Positions 1 to 9,536 of a DNA stretch of 64,000 bases are shown one piece after another. The stretch spans positions 1 through 64,000 of the forward strand of contig JANLPS010000090.1 in NCBI GenBank assembly GCA_031367385.1. The letters are read 5' to 3'. Position 1 is the stretch's first letter, and each line of letters opens with the position of its first letter. Position numbers and translations under genes: made by a program. This stretch comes from Archangium sp. (GTDB lineage Bacteria; Myxococcota; Myxococcia; Myxococcales; Myxococcaceae). The notes beneath the pieces were generated by a model. The model was given only the letters and a program-made list of their open reading frames with translations. It was not told the DNA's origin and made no database searches.

Positions 1-107
1 TGAGTTTCGCCGCGCGGCGCTCGGCTGAGCCCCAGTCGCCCGAGGTCGGCGGCCGCCTGCTATCACGCCGCCGCCACCAAACCCGACGGTGATCGCTGAA
101 CGCTTAC
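1..107 (+). mobile_element. IS66-family element, right end (last transposase codons plus terminal inverted repeat)
   Basis: 2-28 reads EFRRAALG*, matching NHFRRAAL in the IS66 TnpC remnant at 3361-3648. 54-107 aligns with 3602-3658 and ends in CGCTTAC (reverse complement GTAAGCG, a typical IS66 terminus). Confidence 0.7.
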
Positions 108-128
108 CACCTGTCCACTCTGCGCGAT

Positions 129-3100
129 GTGACCGAGCGGGTCGACGCCGAGCGCGTCCACCGCAAGACCGCCCAGCAGCTCAATACGGTGATCTCGCAC
201 GCGCCGATCATTCTCTTCGCGACCGACCGCGACGGCGTCTACACACTCCACGAGGGAAAGGGGCTGGCGAGCGTGGGCCTCAAGCCCGGCCAGGTCGTCG
301 GGCAGTCGGTGCTGACACGCCAGCAGTCCAAGCCGGGCGCCGAGGCGGCAATCCTCCGGGCGCTGGCCGGCGAAGATGTTCTGGCCGAGTTCGAGCAGGC
401 CGGCGTCACCTTCGACTGTACCGTGGTGCCCGTTCGCGACGAGCACGGCGTCGTCACCGGCATCACCGGCGTGGCCATCGACGTGACGTCGCGCAAGGTC
501 GCCCGCGCGGCTGAGGCGCGCTACCGCACGATGATCGAGAGCGGCATCGAGGGCATCTGGCTCATCGGCGCAGACGGCGTGGTCACCTGGGCCAGCCCGT
601 CGACGCGCCGGGTCCTCGGCTACGAGCCGCAGGAGATCGTGGGGACCAACGTCGGTCGGTGGATCATGCCGGAGGACGCCGCGTTCGTCGCGCAGGAGAC
701 GCGAGCCCTGGTGGCCGACCCGTCGCTGGGCCGCACGCTCGAGTTCCGCGTCAGGCACCGCGACGGGTCCGTCCGGTGGATCGAGTCGATGGGCTCCAAC
801 ATGCTGGCCGACCCCGCGGTGGCCGCGCTGGTCTCCAACTTCCGCGACGTCACCGCGCGCAAAGCCGCCGAGTCCGAGCTGAGCGAGAGCCAGCGGCTGA
901 TGAAGGAGGCGCAGCGCGTCGCCGAGCTGGGGAGCTGGAGCTCGGGCCGAACGCTCGAAGACCCCATCACCTGGTCCGAGGAGTGCGCGCGCATCTTCGG
1001 GCGCGACCACGCCGGCGCGCCGAACGTGCTCGCCTTCATGGCGTGGGTGCACCCCGACGACCGGGACATGGTCGTCGCGGCCAGCGAGCGCGCGAGCAGT
1101 GCGGGCGGCGTCTGCGAGACCGAGCACCGCGTGCTGCGGCCCAACGGCGAGGTGCGCTGGGTCCACGCTCGGGCGGTCATCGAGGGCAGTCTTAGCTGGC
1201 GTGATGGCGCTGCCAGCGTCTCCTCCGATGCGGTTGGCACGCCTTACCGCGTGGTCGGGGTCGTGCACGACATCACCACGCGCAAGCTCGCCGAGGTGGC
1301 CCTTCACAAGACCGAGAGCGACTACCGCCGCATCGTCGAGAACACCTCCGAGGGCGTCTGGGTCTACGACGCCAACGGCATCACCACGTTCATGAACGAG
1401 CAGATGGCGGCGATGCTGGGCGCCACGGTGGCGGACGCAGTGGGCAAGCCCATCTTCGACTTCATGGACGAGGCAGCCATCGCCGAGGCGCATGAGCGCG
1501 TCGCGCGCCGCCGCGAGGGCAAGGCCGAGCGCGGCGAGTTCCGGCTGCGTCGCAAGGACGGGAGCGAGCTCTGGGTGTCGACCAGCGCCGATCCACTGTT
1601 CGAAGACGGCCGCTTCACGGGCGCCATTGCGCTGGTGACCGACTACACCGATCGCCGGAAGGCCGAGGAGTCGCGCAGCCGGCTGGTGGCCATCGTCGAG
1701 TCGTCCAACGACGCCATCGTCGCCACCGACCGGGAGTGGCGGATCACGAGCTGGAACCGCGCCGCCGAGAGGCTGTACCAGTGGGCCGCCGCCGAGGTGA
1801 TCGGGCAGACCTTGGCGATGATCGTGCCCCCGCAGCTCGAGCCGGAGAGGAAGGTCATCGAGAAGAAGATTCACGAGGGCGGGTTGGTGGAGCACTACGA
1901 GACCACACGCCTCCGCAAGGACAGGACGACCGTCGACGTCTCACTCTCGGTGTCGCCGCTGCATGACGCCGGCGGCAACATCATCGGCTTTGCCAAGACC
2001 GCGCGGGACCTCACCGAGCGCAAGAAGGCCGAGCGCGCCTTGCAGCAGACCGAGGACCAGCTCCGCCAGGCACAGAAGATGGAAGCGGTGGGAGTGCTGG
2101 CCGGCGGCGTAGCCCACGACTTCAACAACGTGCTCTCGGTCATCTTGAGCTTCACGGCCAGCACCATCGACGACCTCAAGCCCGGCGACCCGCTCAGGGC
2201 AGATCTAGAAGAGGTCTTCAAGGCCGGCCAGCGGGCGGCGGGGCTCACCCGGCAGCTGCTCGCCTTCAGCCGCCAGCAGATCTTGCAGCCCAAGGTGATC
2301 AACCTGACCGACGTCGTCTCTGGCCTTGAGAAGATGCTCACGCGCCTGCTCGGCGAGGACATCCAGCTCACGGTGCTCCCCTCGCGAGACGCGCAGATGA
2401 TCTTCGCGGACGCCGGGCAGCTCGAGCAGGTGATCATGAACCTGGTAGTCAACGCGCGCGACGCCATGCCCGTCGGCGGAAACCTGACCATCGAGACCAC
2501 CGAAGCCGAGCTCGACGCCAGCTACGCCAGCACGCATGCGGGCGTGCTCCCGGGGCGCTACGCCATGCTCGCGGTGACCGACACCGGCAGCGGCATGGAC
2601 CGCGCGACGCTCGCCCGCATCTTCGACCCGTTCTTCACCACGAAGGGCGTTGGCAAGGGCACCGGTCTCGGCCTTTCGACGGTCTATGGCATCGTCAAGC
2701 AGAGCGGCGGTCACATCTGGGTCTACAGCGAGGTGGGAAAGGGGACAACGTTCAAGGTCTACCTGCCGCGGACCGATCGCACGGCGAGCGACGAGGCTGG
2801 TTCGGCGCTCGATCCCGAGACGCTCCGCGGCACCGAGACCATTCTGCTCGTGGAGGACGAGGACCAGGTGCGCAACGTGATGCGCGCGACGCTGCGCAAG
2901 CGCGGCTACCACGTGCTCGAGGCGCAGAACGGCGGTGAGGCGTTTCTCGTCTGCGAGCAGTTCACCGCGAAGATTCACCTGCTGCTCACCGACGTGGTGA
3001 TGCCCCGAATGAGCGGCCGGCAACTGGCGGAGCGGCTCGCCTCGGTCAGGCCGGATATGAAGGTGCTCTACGTGTCGGGCTACACGGAGAACACGATCGT

Positions 3101-3242
3101 GCACCACGGCGTGCTGGACGCGGGGATCTCGTTCCTGCCCAAGCCGATCATGCCGGACACGCTTCTGCGCAAGGTCCGGCAGGTGCTCGACGAGCGGGCG
3201 CCCTCGCGGGGCGCGCGGGCGGCGGAGCGCGGCGGGGAGTGA
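129..3242 (+). CDS. Multi-PAS hybrid sensor histidine kinase/response regulator, probably 5'-truncated
   Basis: Several PAS/PAC repeats (..DVT.RK), H-box AGGVAHDFNN, HATPase boxes (NLVVNARDA, DTGSGM, FFTTK, GTGLGL), C-terminal receiver (LLVEDE, LLTDVVMP, LPKP). The in-frame sequence just before the GTG reads STLRDVTER, a PAC end. Confidence 0.92.
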   Translation: MTERVDAERVHRKTAQQLNTVISHAPIILFATDRDGVYTLHEGKGLASVGLKPGQVVGQSVLTRQQSKPGAEAAILRALAGEDVLAEFEQAGVTFDCTVVPVRDEHGVVTGITGVAIDVTSRKVARAAEARYRTMIESGIEGIWLIGADGVVTWASPSTRRVLGYEPQEIVGTNVGRWIMPEDAAFVAQETRALVADPSLGRTLEFRVRHRDGSVRWIESMGSNMLADPAVAALVSNFRDVTARKAAESELSESQRLMKEAQRVAELGSWSSGRTLEDPITWSEECARIFGRDHAGAPNVLAFMAWVHPDDRDMVVAASERASSAGGVCETEHRVLRPNGEVRWVHARAVIEGSLSWRDGAASVSSDAVGTPYRVVGVVHDITTRKLAEVALHKTESDYRRIVENTSEGVWVYDANGITTFMNEQMAAMLGATVADAVGKPIFDFMDEAAIAEAHERVARRREGKAERGEFRLRRKDGSELWVSTSADPLFEDGRFTGAIALVTDYTDRRKAEESRSRLVAIVESSNDAIVATDREWRITSWNRAAERLYQWAAAEVIGQTLAMIVPPQLEPERKVIEKKIHEGGLVEHYETTRLRKDRTTVDVSLSVSPLHDAGGNIIGFAKTARDLTERKKAERALQQTEDQLRQAQKMEAVGVLAGGVAHDFNNVLSVILSFTASTIDDLKPGDPLRADLEEVFKAGQRAAGLTRQLLAFSRQQILQPKVINLTDVVSGLEKMLTRLLGEDIQLTVLPSRDAQMIFADAGQLEQVIMNLVVNARDAMPVGGNLTIETTEAELDASYASTHAGVLPGRYAMLAVTDTGSGMDRATLARIFDPFFTTKGVGKGTGLGLSTVYGIVKQSGGHIWVYSEVGKGTTFKVYLPRTDRTASDEAGSALDPETLRGTETILLVEDEDQVRNVMRATLRKRGYHVLEAQNGGEAFLVCEQFTAKIHLLLTDVVMPRMSGRQLAERLASVRPDMKVLYVSGYTENTIVHHGVLDAGISFLPKPIMPDTLLRKVRQVLDERAPSRGARAAERGGE

Positions 3243-3360
3243 CGGGGCGACCCTCCAGCGGACGAGGCCGAGTCGACTGCCCGTTCAGCGCGACAGCGAA
3301 CCGCTTCTTCCGTCGCCGAAGTGCGAGCTGAGGCGCCAAGCGCTCGGCCGGAAGAATTTC

Positions 3361-3658
3361 AACGCCACCTTCTCGAGCCTGCTGGCGAGCTGCGAAATGC
3401 CCAAGGTGCCGCCGCTCGCCTACCTGCGCGACGTCTTCTGTTTGCTGCCCAGCTGGCGGGCGAAGAAGGCAGACCTGCTCGAGCTCGCCCCCGCGAACTG
3501 GGCAACGACGTCAAAGCGACCCGAAGTGATTGCCTTGCTCGAGGCAAACCATTTTCGTCGCGCCGCCCTCGCCTCATTCGCCACCGGACGCCCTCGGCAA
3601 TCGTCTGCTACCGCGCCCTCAAGACCAAACCCGAACGGTAGTCGTTGACCGACGACAC
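3361..3658 (+). mobile_element. IS66-family transposase C-terminal remnant with degenerate right end
   Basis: NATFSSLLASCEMPKVPPLAYLRDVFCLLPSW...LLELAPANW resembles the TnpC C-terminus. The 3' flank is homologous to 54-107. Confidence 0.75.
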
Positions 3659-3663
3659 TCACT

Positions 3664-3903
3664 TCACTTGAGCTTGGGAGGCAGGAGCTCGGCTAGCCAT
3701 GGGTATCTGCGTTCGATCTCCGCATCAACAGCCGCGGGTTCCATCCCCAGAACGAAAGCAATCTCCTCAACCAGATGGTTGTTCCCTATCGTCATTACGA
3801 GCACCGATTTTCTCAACTCGGGCGCCGCGTCTGCACGCCGAAGCACTTGACCCCAGTAGTCGGCTTGCGCCGGGTGATCGCCGTTCGCCCAGAGTCCGGC
3901 CAT
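3664..3903 (-). pseudogene. Hypothetical protein, probable 3' gene fragment
   Basis: Short frame with protein-like composition, open only up to about 3969, abutting the IS66 remnant. No family recognised. Confidence 0.3.
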
Positions 3904-4099
3904 CGTCTTGAACCATTCCGCAGCATCGGACTCGACCGCAGCCGCGCCTGCCGCCGCTGCACACGCTCAGGCCAATGCTGGTGCCCCCTGACCTCCAGTG
4001 AAGTGCCATGCAGAACCATGCAAGATTCGAAGGCAATTGCATTTGGGCGACTCGCGGTGTCAGGGCGTTGCACCCGTCTTTCACGAGGCTCCGCTCGCC

Positions 4100-5287
4100 A
4101 TGGTTCGACCCCTCCACTCGCTCGTACGCTTCGCCTGTCTGACCGCCATCGCCGCAGCGGGCACGGTCGCAGCGGCACCGTCGCCGTGCACGCAGACCTT
4201 GAGCGTCGGAGCCAATCTGGCGAGCGCGATCGACAACGCGCCGAATGGTTCGACCCTCTGCCTCAACAGCGGCGACTATGGAGTGGTCGACCTCAACAGC
4301 ATTCGGCGAACGGAGTCTGTGACCGTGCGCTCGGTGAGCGGCACCGACGCGAAGCTGCGCTTCAACATCAATTATTCGAGCCACATCACGTTTCAGAGCC
4401 TGACGGTCAATGGGGCCCAAATCGTCGGGTGCGCCCAGAACATCGAGGTGCATGACAGCGTGTTCACCGATGGCCTCTTGGTGATGTCGCTCGGCTGCGG
4501 CGCTCCGCTGAACGTCGTCATCGACGGCAATCAGTTCGGCGACATCGCCAATGCGCTCTACGAAGGCAGGCTCTCGATTCGTGGCGACAGCATGGCCAAG
4601 ACCATCGGCGTGACGGTCAGCAACAACCACTTCGGCCCGGGGTGCCAGTCAGACGGAGTACAGGTGGTCGGTACGGTGAGCGGTGTCGTCTTCGGGCCTG
4701 GCAATGTCTTCGAGAACATCGTGCAGTCTGGCCCGGTGCATTGCGACTCGATTCAGTTCTACTCCGAAGGTCGCGACAACATCGTCACTGGCAACTGGTT
4801 CAAGAATTCATCGGTGGCGCTGCAGCATCAAGCGTCAGGCAGTGAACCGACGCACACGCAGTTCACCAACAACGTCATCTCGAACGTGGCGCAGTTTCAG
4901 GTGGGCAACTCGCCTGACTTCGTGTTCGAGCACAACACCGTCTACAACCTGACCGATGTGTTTCGCTTCAATACCGAGCCGTCGACGAACGTGAGCTATC
5001 GAAGCAACGTCATCATCGGCAACACCGCCGCGCCGCCTGGAGGCACCTCGACGTCGAGCTACAACCTGTGCGGCACCACCGGCCTCTGCAACGGCACCAG
5101 TGCAATCATCGGCACACCGAGCTTCGTTGGAGGCTCACCTTCGACCATCTCGACCCTCGCTGGCTGGCAGCTGACCGCTGGCTCGCTTGGCAAAGGCGCC
5201 GGTCACGACGGGCAAGATGTGGGCGTGGTGCTTGGCCGCGCCCCGGCAGCTCCCGCGCCGCCTACGAATTTGCGAATCGTGCGGTGA
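4100..5287 (+). CDS. Secreted right-handed parallel beta-helix protein (pectin lyase-like fold)
   Basis: ATG at 4100 with GAGG upstream, signal peptide, Asn-rich beta-helix repeats (IDGNQF, VSNNHF, VTGNWF, FTNNVI, FEHNTV), C-terminal PAPPTNLRIVR. Confidence 0.8.
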   Translation: MVRPLHSLVRFACLTAIAAAGTVAAAPSPCTQTLSVGANLASAIDNAPNGSTLCLNSGDYGVVDLNSIRRTESVTVRSVSGTDAKLRFNINYSSHITFQSLTVNGAQIVGCAQNIEVHDSVFTDGLLVMSLGCGAPLNVVIDGNQFGDIANALYEGRLSIRGDSMAKTIGVTVSNNHFGPGCQSDGVQVVGTVSGVVFGPGNVFENIVQSGPVHCDSIQFYSEGRDNIVTGNWFKNSSVALQHQASGSEPTHTQFTNNVISNVAQFQVGNSPDFVFEHNTVYNLTDVFRFNTEPSTNVSYRSNVIIGNTAAPPGGTSTSSYNLCGTTGLCNGTSAIIGTPSFVGGSPSTISTLAGWQLTAGSLGKGAGHDGQDVGVVLGRAPAAPAPPTNLRIVR

Positions 5288-5309
5288 GGGTCGGTTCACC
5301 GCGCCCGCA

Positions 5310-5325
5310 GTCGCAACGTTGCGAC
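5310..5325. repeat. 16-bp perfect palindrome GTCGCAACGTTGCGAC (dispersed family)
   Basis: Identical core at 46712-46727; variants at 45063, 45107 and 46757. The GCCCGCA 5' flank is shared with the 45063 copy. Confidence 0.85.
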
Positions 5326-5393
5326 AACCAGAATCTCTGAATCGAAGATTCAGTGACACCTCGCTTCGATGAAAATTGGCCCTGCTCGGCTGC

Positions 5394-5451
5394 CGCTCGA
5401 CCCACCCGCCCGCTGATCAACCCAGAAGGCTCAGCGATTCGAAACACGTCT
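5394..5451 (+). repeat. 58-bp copy of an otsB internal segment (9620-9677)
   Basis: Manual alignment gives 56/58 identical bases. Confidence 0.9.
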
Positions 5452-5471
5452 GCCGGGCGGTCAGTAGTGAA

Positions 5472-5633
5472 TCAGCCCGCCACCAGCCCATCGCCGCCAC
5501 CGCCCTTGTTGCTCCCTGAGGCAATCGGTAGGCAATCGCGACCGCGTGGCACGGCGGCCTCCTCTGCGCTCAGGGTCTTGAGCTTGTCGAGGGAGAGCGA
5601 GAGGCGTGCAGGAGTCTTGGTTTTGGTCATCAT
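5472..5633 (-). CDS. Small peptide, possible RiPP precursor-like
   Basis: MMTKTKTPARLSLSLDKLKTLSAEEAAVPRG-RDCLPIASGSNKGGGGDGLVAG. The N-terminal half resembles LxLxxxxLxxL leader motifs. Confidence 0.4.
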   Translation of the reverse strand: MMTKTKTPARLSLSLDKLKTLSAEEAAVPRGRDCLPIASGSNKGGGGDGLVAG

Positions 5634-5710
5634 GGTGGGCAAGACAGGGCCAGCCAGGCGACGATGCACGTTCTTTGAATTTCGGGCTCAAATCATGAGA
5701 GCGTTGGCCG

Positions 5711-7378
5711 ATGCATCGATACCTCCTTTTGGTGCTCGCGGCGTGCTCACCCTCGTCGACGCCCGACGAGAAGCCGGTACGCACGAGGGTCACGGCGCAG
5801 ACGCTCCAGCTCGGCAAGCCCGTTCAGAAGTCGTTCGACCCGGGCGAGTCGCATCGATACCGAATCGACGTTGGCGCTGCGATGGTCGTCGTTGGCGTGG
5901 TGAACCAGCACGGAGTCGATGTCGCACTCCAAACGTACGGCCCCCAGGATCAGCGACTCTCCCAATTCGATAGCCCGAGCGGTCAGAATGGGCCTGAGCC
6001 ATTCGTGATCGAGGCGACCGCTGCCGGTGCGTATGACCTCGAGGTGCAGCCCTTCCAGCCCCCTGGAGCTGACCGAACATCTGCGACAACAGGAGGCTAC
6101 GAAGTGCGCATCGACCGAATCGTGACGGCCGAGGCGTATGCGGAGCAGCTCGAAACAGAGCAGGTTGACAGCCCGCGCATTCGCGACTTCTTGCGAGCCG
6201 CGCGCACCCATCAGCGCGACGCCCTCGACAGACTCTGGGCTGACCTCAAGGGCAACGCCCCGCTCATCGAACCGTACCCAGCAGACAGCGACAGCGTGCT
6301 CGTCACGTTCGTGATGCGCTCGGGTGCCTCGTACGTCGGGCTTCTCGGTGGCCCCGCTGGGGTGCGCGAGGCGCCCATGCTGCGAATAGGCGACTCCGAC
6401 CTCTGGTATGCGACCGCTCGCGTCCCCGCTGTGGCGAGCTTCGATTACGCATTCCTGACAGCCAGTGGTCCTCCGGCGCTCCATCGGCCGTATCGCGCCC
6501 AGGGCGGTGGTGGCGACCGCTTTCAAGGTCTCGTGCCCGACCCCAATAACCCACGCATGAGCATGAATATGTCGCGCGTCGAGATTCCCGGCCCCCCGAC
6601 CGAGCCCTACATGGTTGAGAACCCGTCGACTCCGATGGGCACGGTCACACCGATTGAGCTCGACAGCCTGAAGCTCGGAGAGAAACGCACCATCGGCGTG
6701 TATCTCCCGGCGGGTCACGACCCGAAGCGGCGCTATCCGGCGATCATCGCGTTCGACGGAGAGGTCTATGGCCTCGAGCCCGACGCACGAATTCCGCTGC
6801 CGCGCGTGCTCGACAACCTCATCGCGGCGAAGAAGATCCCTCCAGTGGTTGCAGCGCTGGTCCCGAGCCATCAACGCGAACTCGAGCTGTCAGAGTCGGC
6901 ACCGTTCGCGGCCTTCATCGTCGAAGAGGTGTTGGCCAAGTTGCGAAGGGACTACTCGGCTGGGCTTGTGGCGGCCGACACCATCGTGACCGGGTCGAGC
7001 CTCGGCGGCACTGAGGCGATCTTCATCGGGTTGCATCACTCCGACGCCGTGGGCAACGTGCTGTCGAACTCGGCGGCGCTCTGGGCCCGACCCAATCAAA
7101 TGACTCGTGACGTGTCGGACTACATCGAGGGCGGTGCCATGATTCGCGAGTTCGCAAAGTCACCGAAGCTGCCCCTGCGTTTCTATGTCGACACAGGCGT
7201 GTTCGAGGGCGACTTGCGCGACAGCAACCGACGGCTCCGCGACGTGCTCGAAGCGAAGGGCTACCCGCTGACGTATGCCGAGTTCGGTGGTGGGCACGAC
7301 TACGCGATGTGGCGGCACACCATCGCCGACGGGCTCATCGCGCTCACGGCAAAGTCGGAGTCACCTCACCGGAGGTGA
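5711..7378 (+). CDS. Lipoprotein, enterochelin esterase (Fes)-like alpha/beta hydrolase with an N-terminal PPC-like domain
   Basis: Lipobox LAAC, Fes-like N-domain (VLVTFV, DLWYAT, PDPNN), nucleophile GSSLGG, catalytic His in GGHDY. Confidence 0.85.
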   Translation: MHRYLLLVLAACSPSSTPDEKPVRTRVTAQTLQLGKPVQKSFDPGESHRYRIDVGAAMVVVGVVNQHGVDVALQTYGPQDQRLSQFDSPSGQNGPEPFVIEATAAGAYDLEVQPFQPPGADRTSATTGGYEVRIDRIVTAEAYAEQLETEQVDSPRIRDFLRAARTHQRDALDRLWADLKGNAPLIEPYPADSDSVLVTFVMRSGASYVGLLGGPAGVREAPMLRIGDSDLWYATARVPAVASFDYAFLTASGPPALHRPYRAQGGGGDRFQGLVPDPNNPRMSMNMSRVEIPGPPTEPYMVENPSTPMGTVTPIELDSLKLGEKRTIGVYLPAGHDPKRRYPAIIAFDGEVYGLEPDARIPLPRVLDNLIAAKKIPPVVAALVPSHQRELELSESAPFAAFIVEEVLAKLRRDYSAGLVAADTIVTGSSLGGTEAIFIGLHHSDAVGNVLSNSAALWARPNQMTRDVSDYIEGGAMIREFAKSPKLPLRFYVDTGVFEGDLRDSNRRLRDVLEAKGYPLTYAEFGGGHDYAMWRHTIADGLIALTAKSESPHRR

Positions 7379-7619
7379 GCGGGGCGAAGCGGAGAGGGTG
7401 AACGTGTGACGTGGTGGCATTTCTCGAATCGCTCACTTCAAGCCCACCACCGGGGCAGCGGCGCTCACGGGTGGCGCCACTCCGCGGCCCGATGGCTTCT
7501 TCGGCACGAACGCCACCTTCCGCGGCGCCATCGGAGCGACTGACTGGACAACGGGCTGGACCCAGTACCCGCAGAACTGACGAGAACGGGTCGACACAGA
7601 TTCGAGTCATGCTCGAGTG

Positions 7620-8117
7620 CTACGGGCAGACGAAGTCGAGGCGAGCCGCCTTGCGCTGGTGACCGAGGGTGACGGTGAAGGTCATCGGCTCGCAGCCGAC
7701 TCGCTCGACGATGTAGGCGACCAGGTCGGTATCTTCCTCGCCAGCCACGACGCTTTGCTTGGTGACGTGTTTGCCTTGGTGCGTCGTCAACGTGACCTTG
7801 CGATCGGCACTGTCGAGCTCTGGAGCGACCAGGACCTGCACGAGCAAGCGTCGCGCGGTCTCAGACTCGTCGATCGCGTTGGCGAAGCGCAGCGTTGGCT
7901 TCTGCGTCATCAGCTCTGGGCCAAGGTCACGGGCCAGCACGCGCACTGAGAATTCAGGGTTGCTCGGTTTGCCGCGCGAACGTGCGGCAGGTGGCGCCCC
8001 TGCATCAGGGCATTCGACGCACTTCGCACAAACCACGGGCGCCGGGCACTCGTTCGTCGTCGTCGTCGTCGGCGCCGCGCCCAAAGCCAAAAGCAATAAC
8101 AACACTCGGGTCGCCAT
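7620..8117 (-). CDS. Hypothetical secreted protein
   Basis: Signal peptide, Cys-containing linker and a globular C-terminal part; good codon bias. Confidence 0.65.
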   Translation of the reverse strand: MATRVLLLLLALGAAPTTTTTNECPAPVVCAKCVECPDAGAPPAARSRGKPSNPEFSVRVLARDLGPELMTQKPTLRFANAIDESETARRLLVQVLVAPELDSADRKVTLTTHQGKHVTKQSVVAGEEDTDLVAYIVERVGCEPMTFTVTLGHQRKAARLDFVCP

Positions 8118-8522
8118 GCGGCGCGCTCAAAGCACACTTCGTCGGGAAAGTCGTGCCGTGGCAGCCGCGTGCGACCGTCACCCCTTCACTGCGCGACGCA
8201 GGGCAGCGGGTGCCGCACCAGTTGCTCGTCTTTCACCTCGACCGGTATTCGACACCGCGCCAGCTCGCGCACCCGCTGCGCCGTCAGCGCCTCGGGAAAA
8301 ATCGGGTGCTGCAGCTCGGCGAGCCCATCGGTCACCACGATCGCGGTCAACACCCCCAGCGCGCTTCGCGAGCACCGCGCTCTGCACTCAAACGAGGTCA
8401 TCGAGGGCGGCTGGCGCGCGATGACCGCACCTGCAAAACACCGACCCGGCAGCCAGTGCGCTCGACCGACCGGCATGTCGGAGGCGGGCAGTAAGACGAG
8501 AGGGTGGCTGGTGGCGGGGAGG

Positions 8523-8742
8523 GCCGGCGACGGGCGCCTTCAGATGTCGGTGCTGCACGAAGTCTTTCGACGAGGCTGGCCACCGGTGTCTTCATCGATG
8601 CCGTCGCGGGTGCAGCGTGAAGTGGAGCAGTACCTGCGGTGTGGCGACCTGCGGTACGGCTTCGTGGAGGTGAGCTGCGAGGCGTGCAGCTGGAGTCGGT
8701 GCTGCCCCACGTGGCGCACCGACAGTGGACCTTGAGCCTGCA
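8523..8742 (+). mobile_element. IS91-family (rolling-circle) transposase remnant
   Basis: VQREVEQYLRCGDLRYGFVEVSCEAC (zinc-binding domain), then in a shifted frame ESVLPHVAHRQWTLSL. The intervening Cys-rich segment is deleted. Confidence 0.75.
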
Positions 8743-8746
8743 GGCC

Positions 8747-8939
8747 ACACCGTCTACGACCTGACCGATGTATTTTGCTTCAATACCGAGCCATCGACGA
8801 ACGTGAGCCATCGAAGCAACGCTGACCGCTGGCTCGCTTGGCAAAGGCGCCGGCCACGACGGGCAAGATGTGGGCGTGGTGCTTGGCCGCACCCAGGCAG
8901 CTCCCGCGCCGCCTACGAATTTGCGAATCGTGCGGTGAG
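8747..8939 (+). pseudogene. Internally deleted duplicate of the beta-helix gene 3' end
   Basis: 8747-8821 matches 4935-5009 (5 mismatches). 8821-8939 matches 5170-5288 (3 mismatches) and includes the stop codon. Confidence 0.9.
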
Positions 8940-8950
8940 CGTAGGGTTCG

Positions 8951-9464
8951 CTATTTCTTGTTCTGCGCTGACCACCCAACGCGGGCAGCCGGAGCCGGTT
9001 CACCCGCCCTGGCGGGGATGATTTCAACCAGCAACATCTTCGCCTCGCGTCGCTCGCACCGCAGGTAACCATCGAAGCTCAGCTTCGATTGGAGCTCGGC
9101 CACCATCGAAGCGAATTGGGCCTGTTCGGCTTCGAACGAGCCAGACTCGGTATTGAACTGGGCGGTCAGCACAGCGCCCGGTGCGTTGGGTCGAAGAAAG
9201 GCCACGCTAGTCTCGAGTGATGAAGCCGACGGAGTAACCCTTCTTTTGCAGGTACTGCACTCGGGCCAGCGCGGCGGGCTCGACGTAGTAGGTCTTGCCG
9301 CCAAGCTTGACCGGCGTGCTCAGGGTCTCGGGGTCTTGATAGCTCGATGCGACACCGGGGTAACGAGCAGACACTCGATCGAGCGAGTCGACCGCCGAGT
9401 CCCAGGCTTTCCCGGCACGGGCTTCAAGGTTTGCAACGAGGGGTCCGATTCCGTTCTTTCCCAT
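8951..9464 (-). pseudogene. Hypothetical protein, frameshifted near 9210
   Basis: ORF 9207-9464 (MGKNGIGP...) stops where a second protein-like frame (SVAFLRPNAPGAVL...) takes over down to 8951. Confidence 0.45.
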
Positions 9465-9510
9465 GACTCGGGTTGTCGCACAGCGTTGGCCACCGAAGCA
9501 AATGAGCGGG

Positions 9511-9536
9511 CCCTTCGAGGCTCTCAGGGTGAACGG
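9511..9536 (+). repeat. REP-like element (NNNTTCGA-N4-CTCANNN-NGAACG family)
   Basis: CCCTTCGAGGCTCTCAGGGTGAACGG, overlapping the otsB stop codon; related copies elsewhere in the window. Confidence 0.65.

Noticed and set aside
63..1895. Long shadow ORFs such as 63-1895(-), 33400-35028(-), 46397-48256(+) and 49679-51139(-)
   Set aside because: They are antisense to well-supported genes, expected in high-GC DNA, and show no motifs.
8186..8476. Small minus-strand ORF upstream of the secreted hypothetical gene
   Set aside because: No recognisable motif or clear RBS, and it lies in a decayed region beside the IS91 remnant.
8747..8939. Possible DGR template/variable repeat pair with 4935-5288
   Set aside because: Mismatches are mixed, mostly transitions and not adenine-specific. 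The copy has an internal deletion, and there is no reverse transcriptase in the window.
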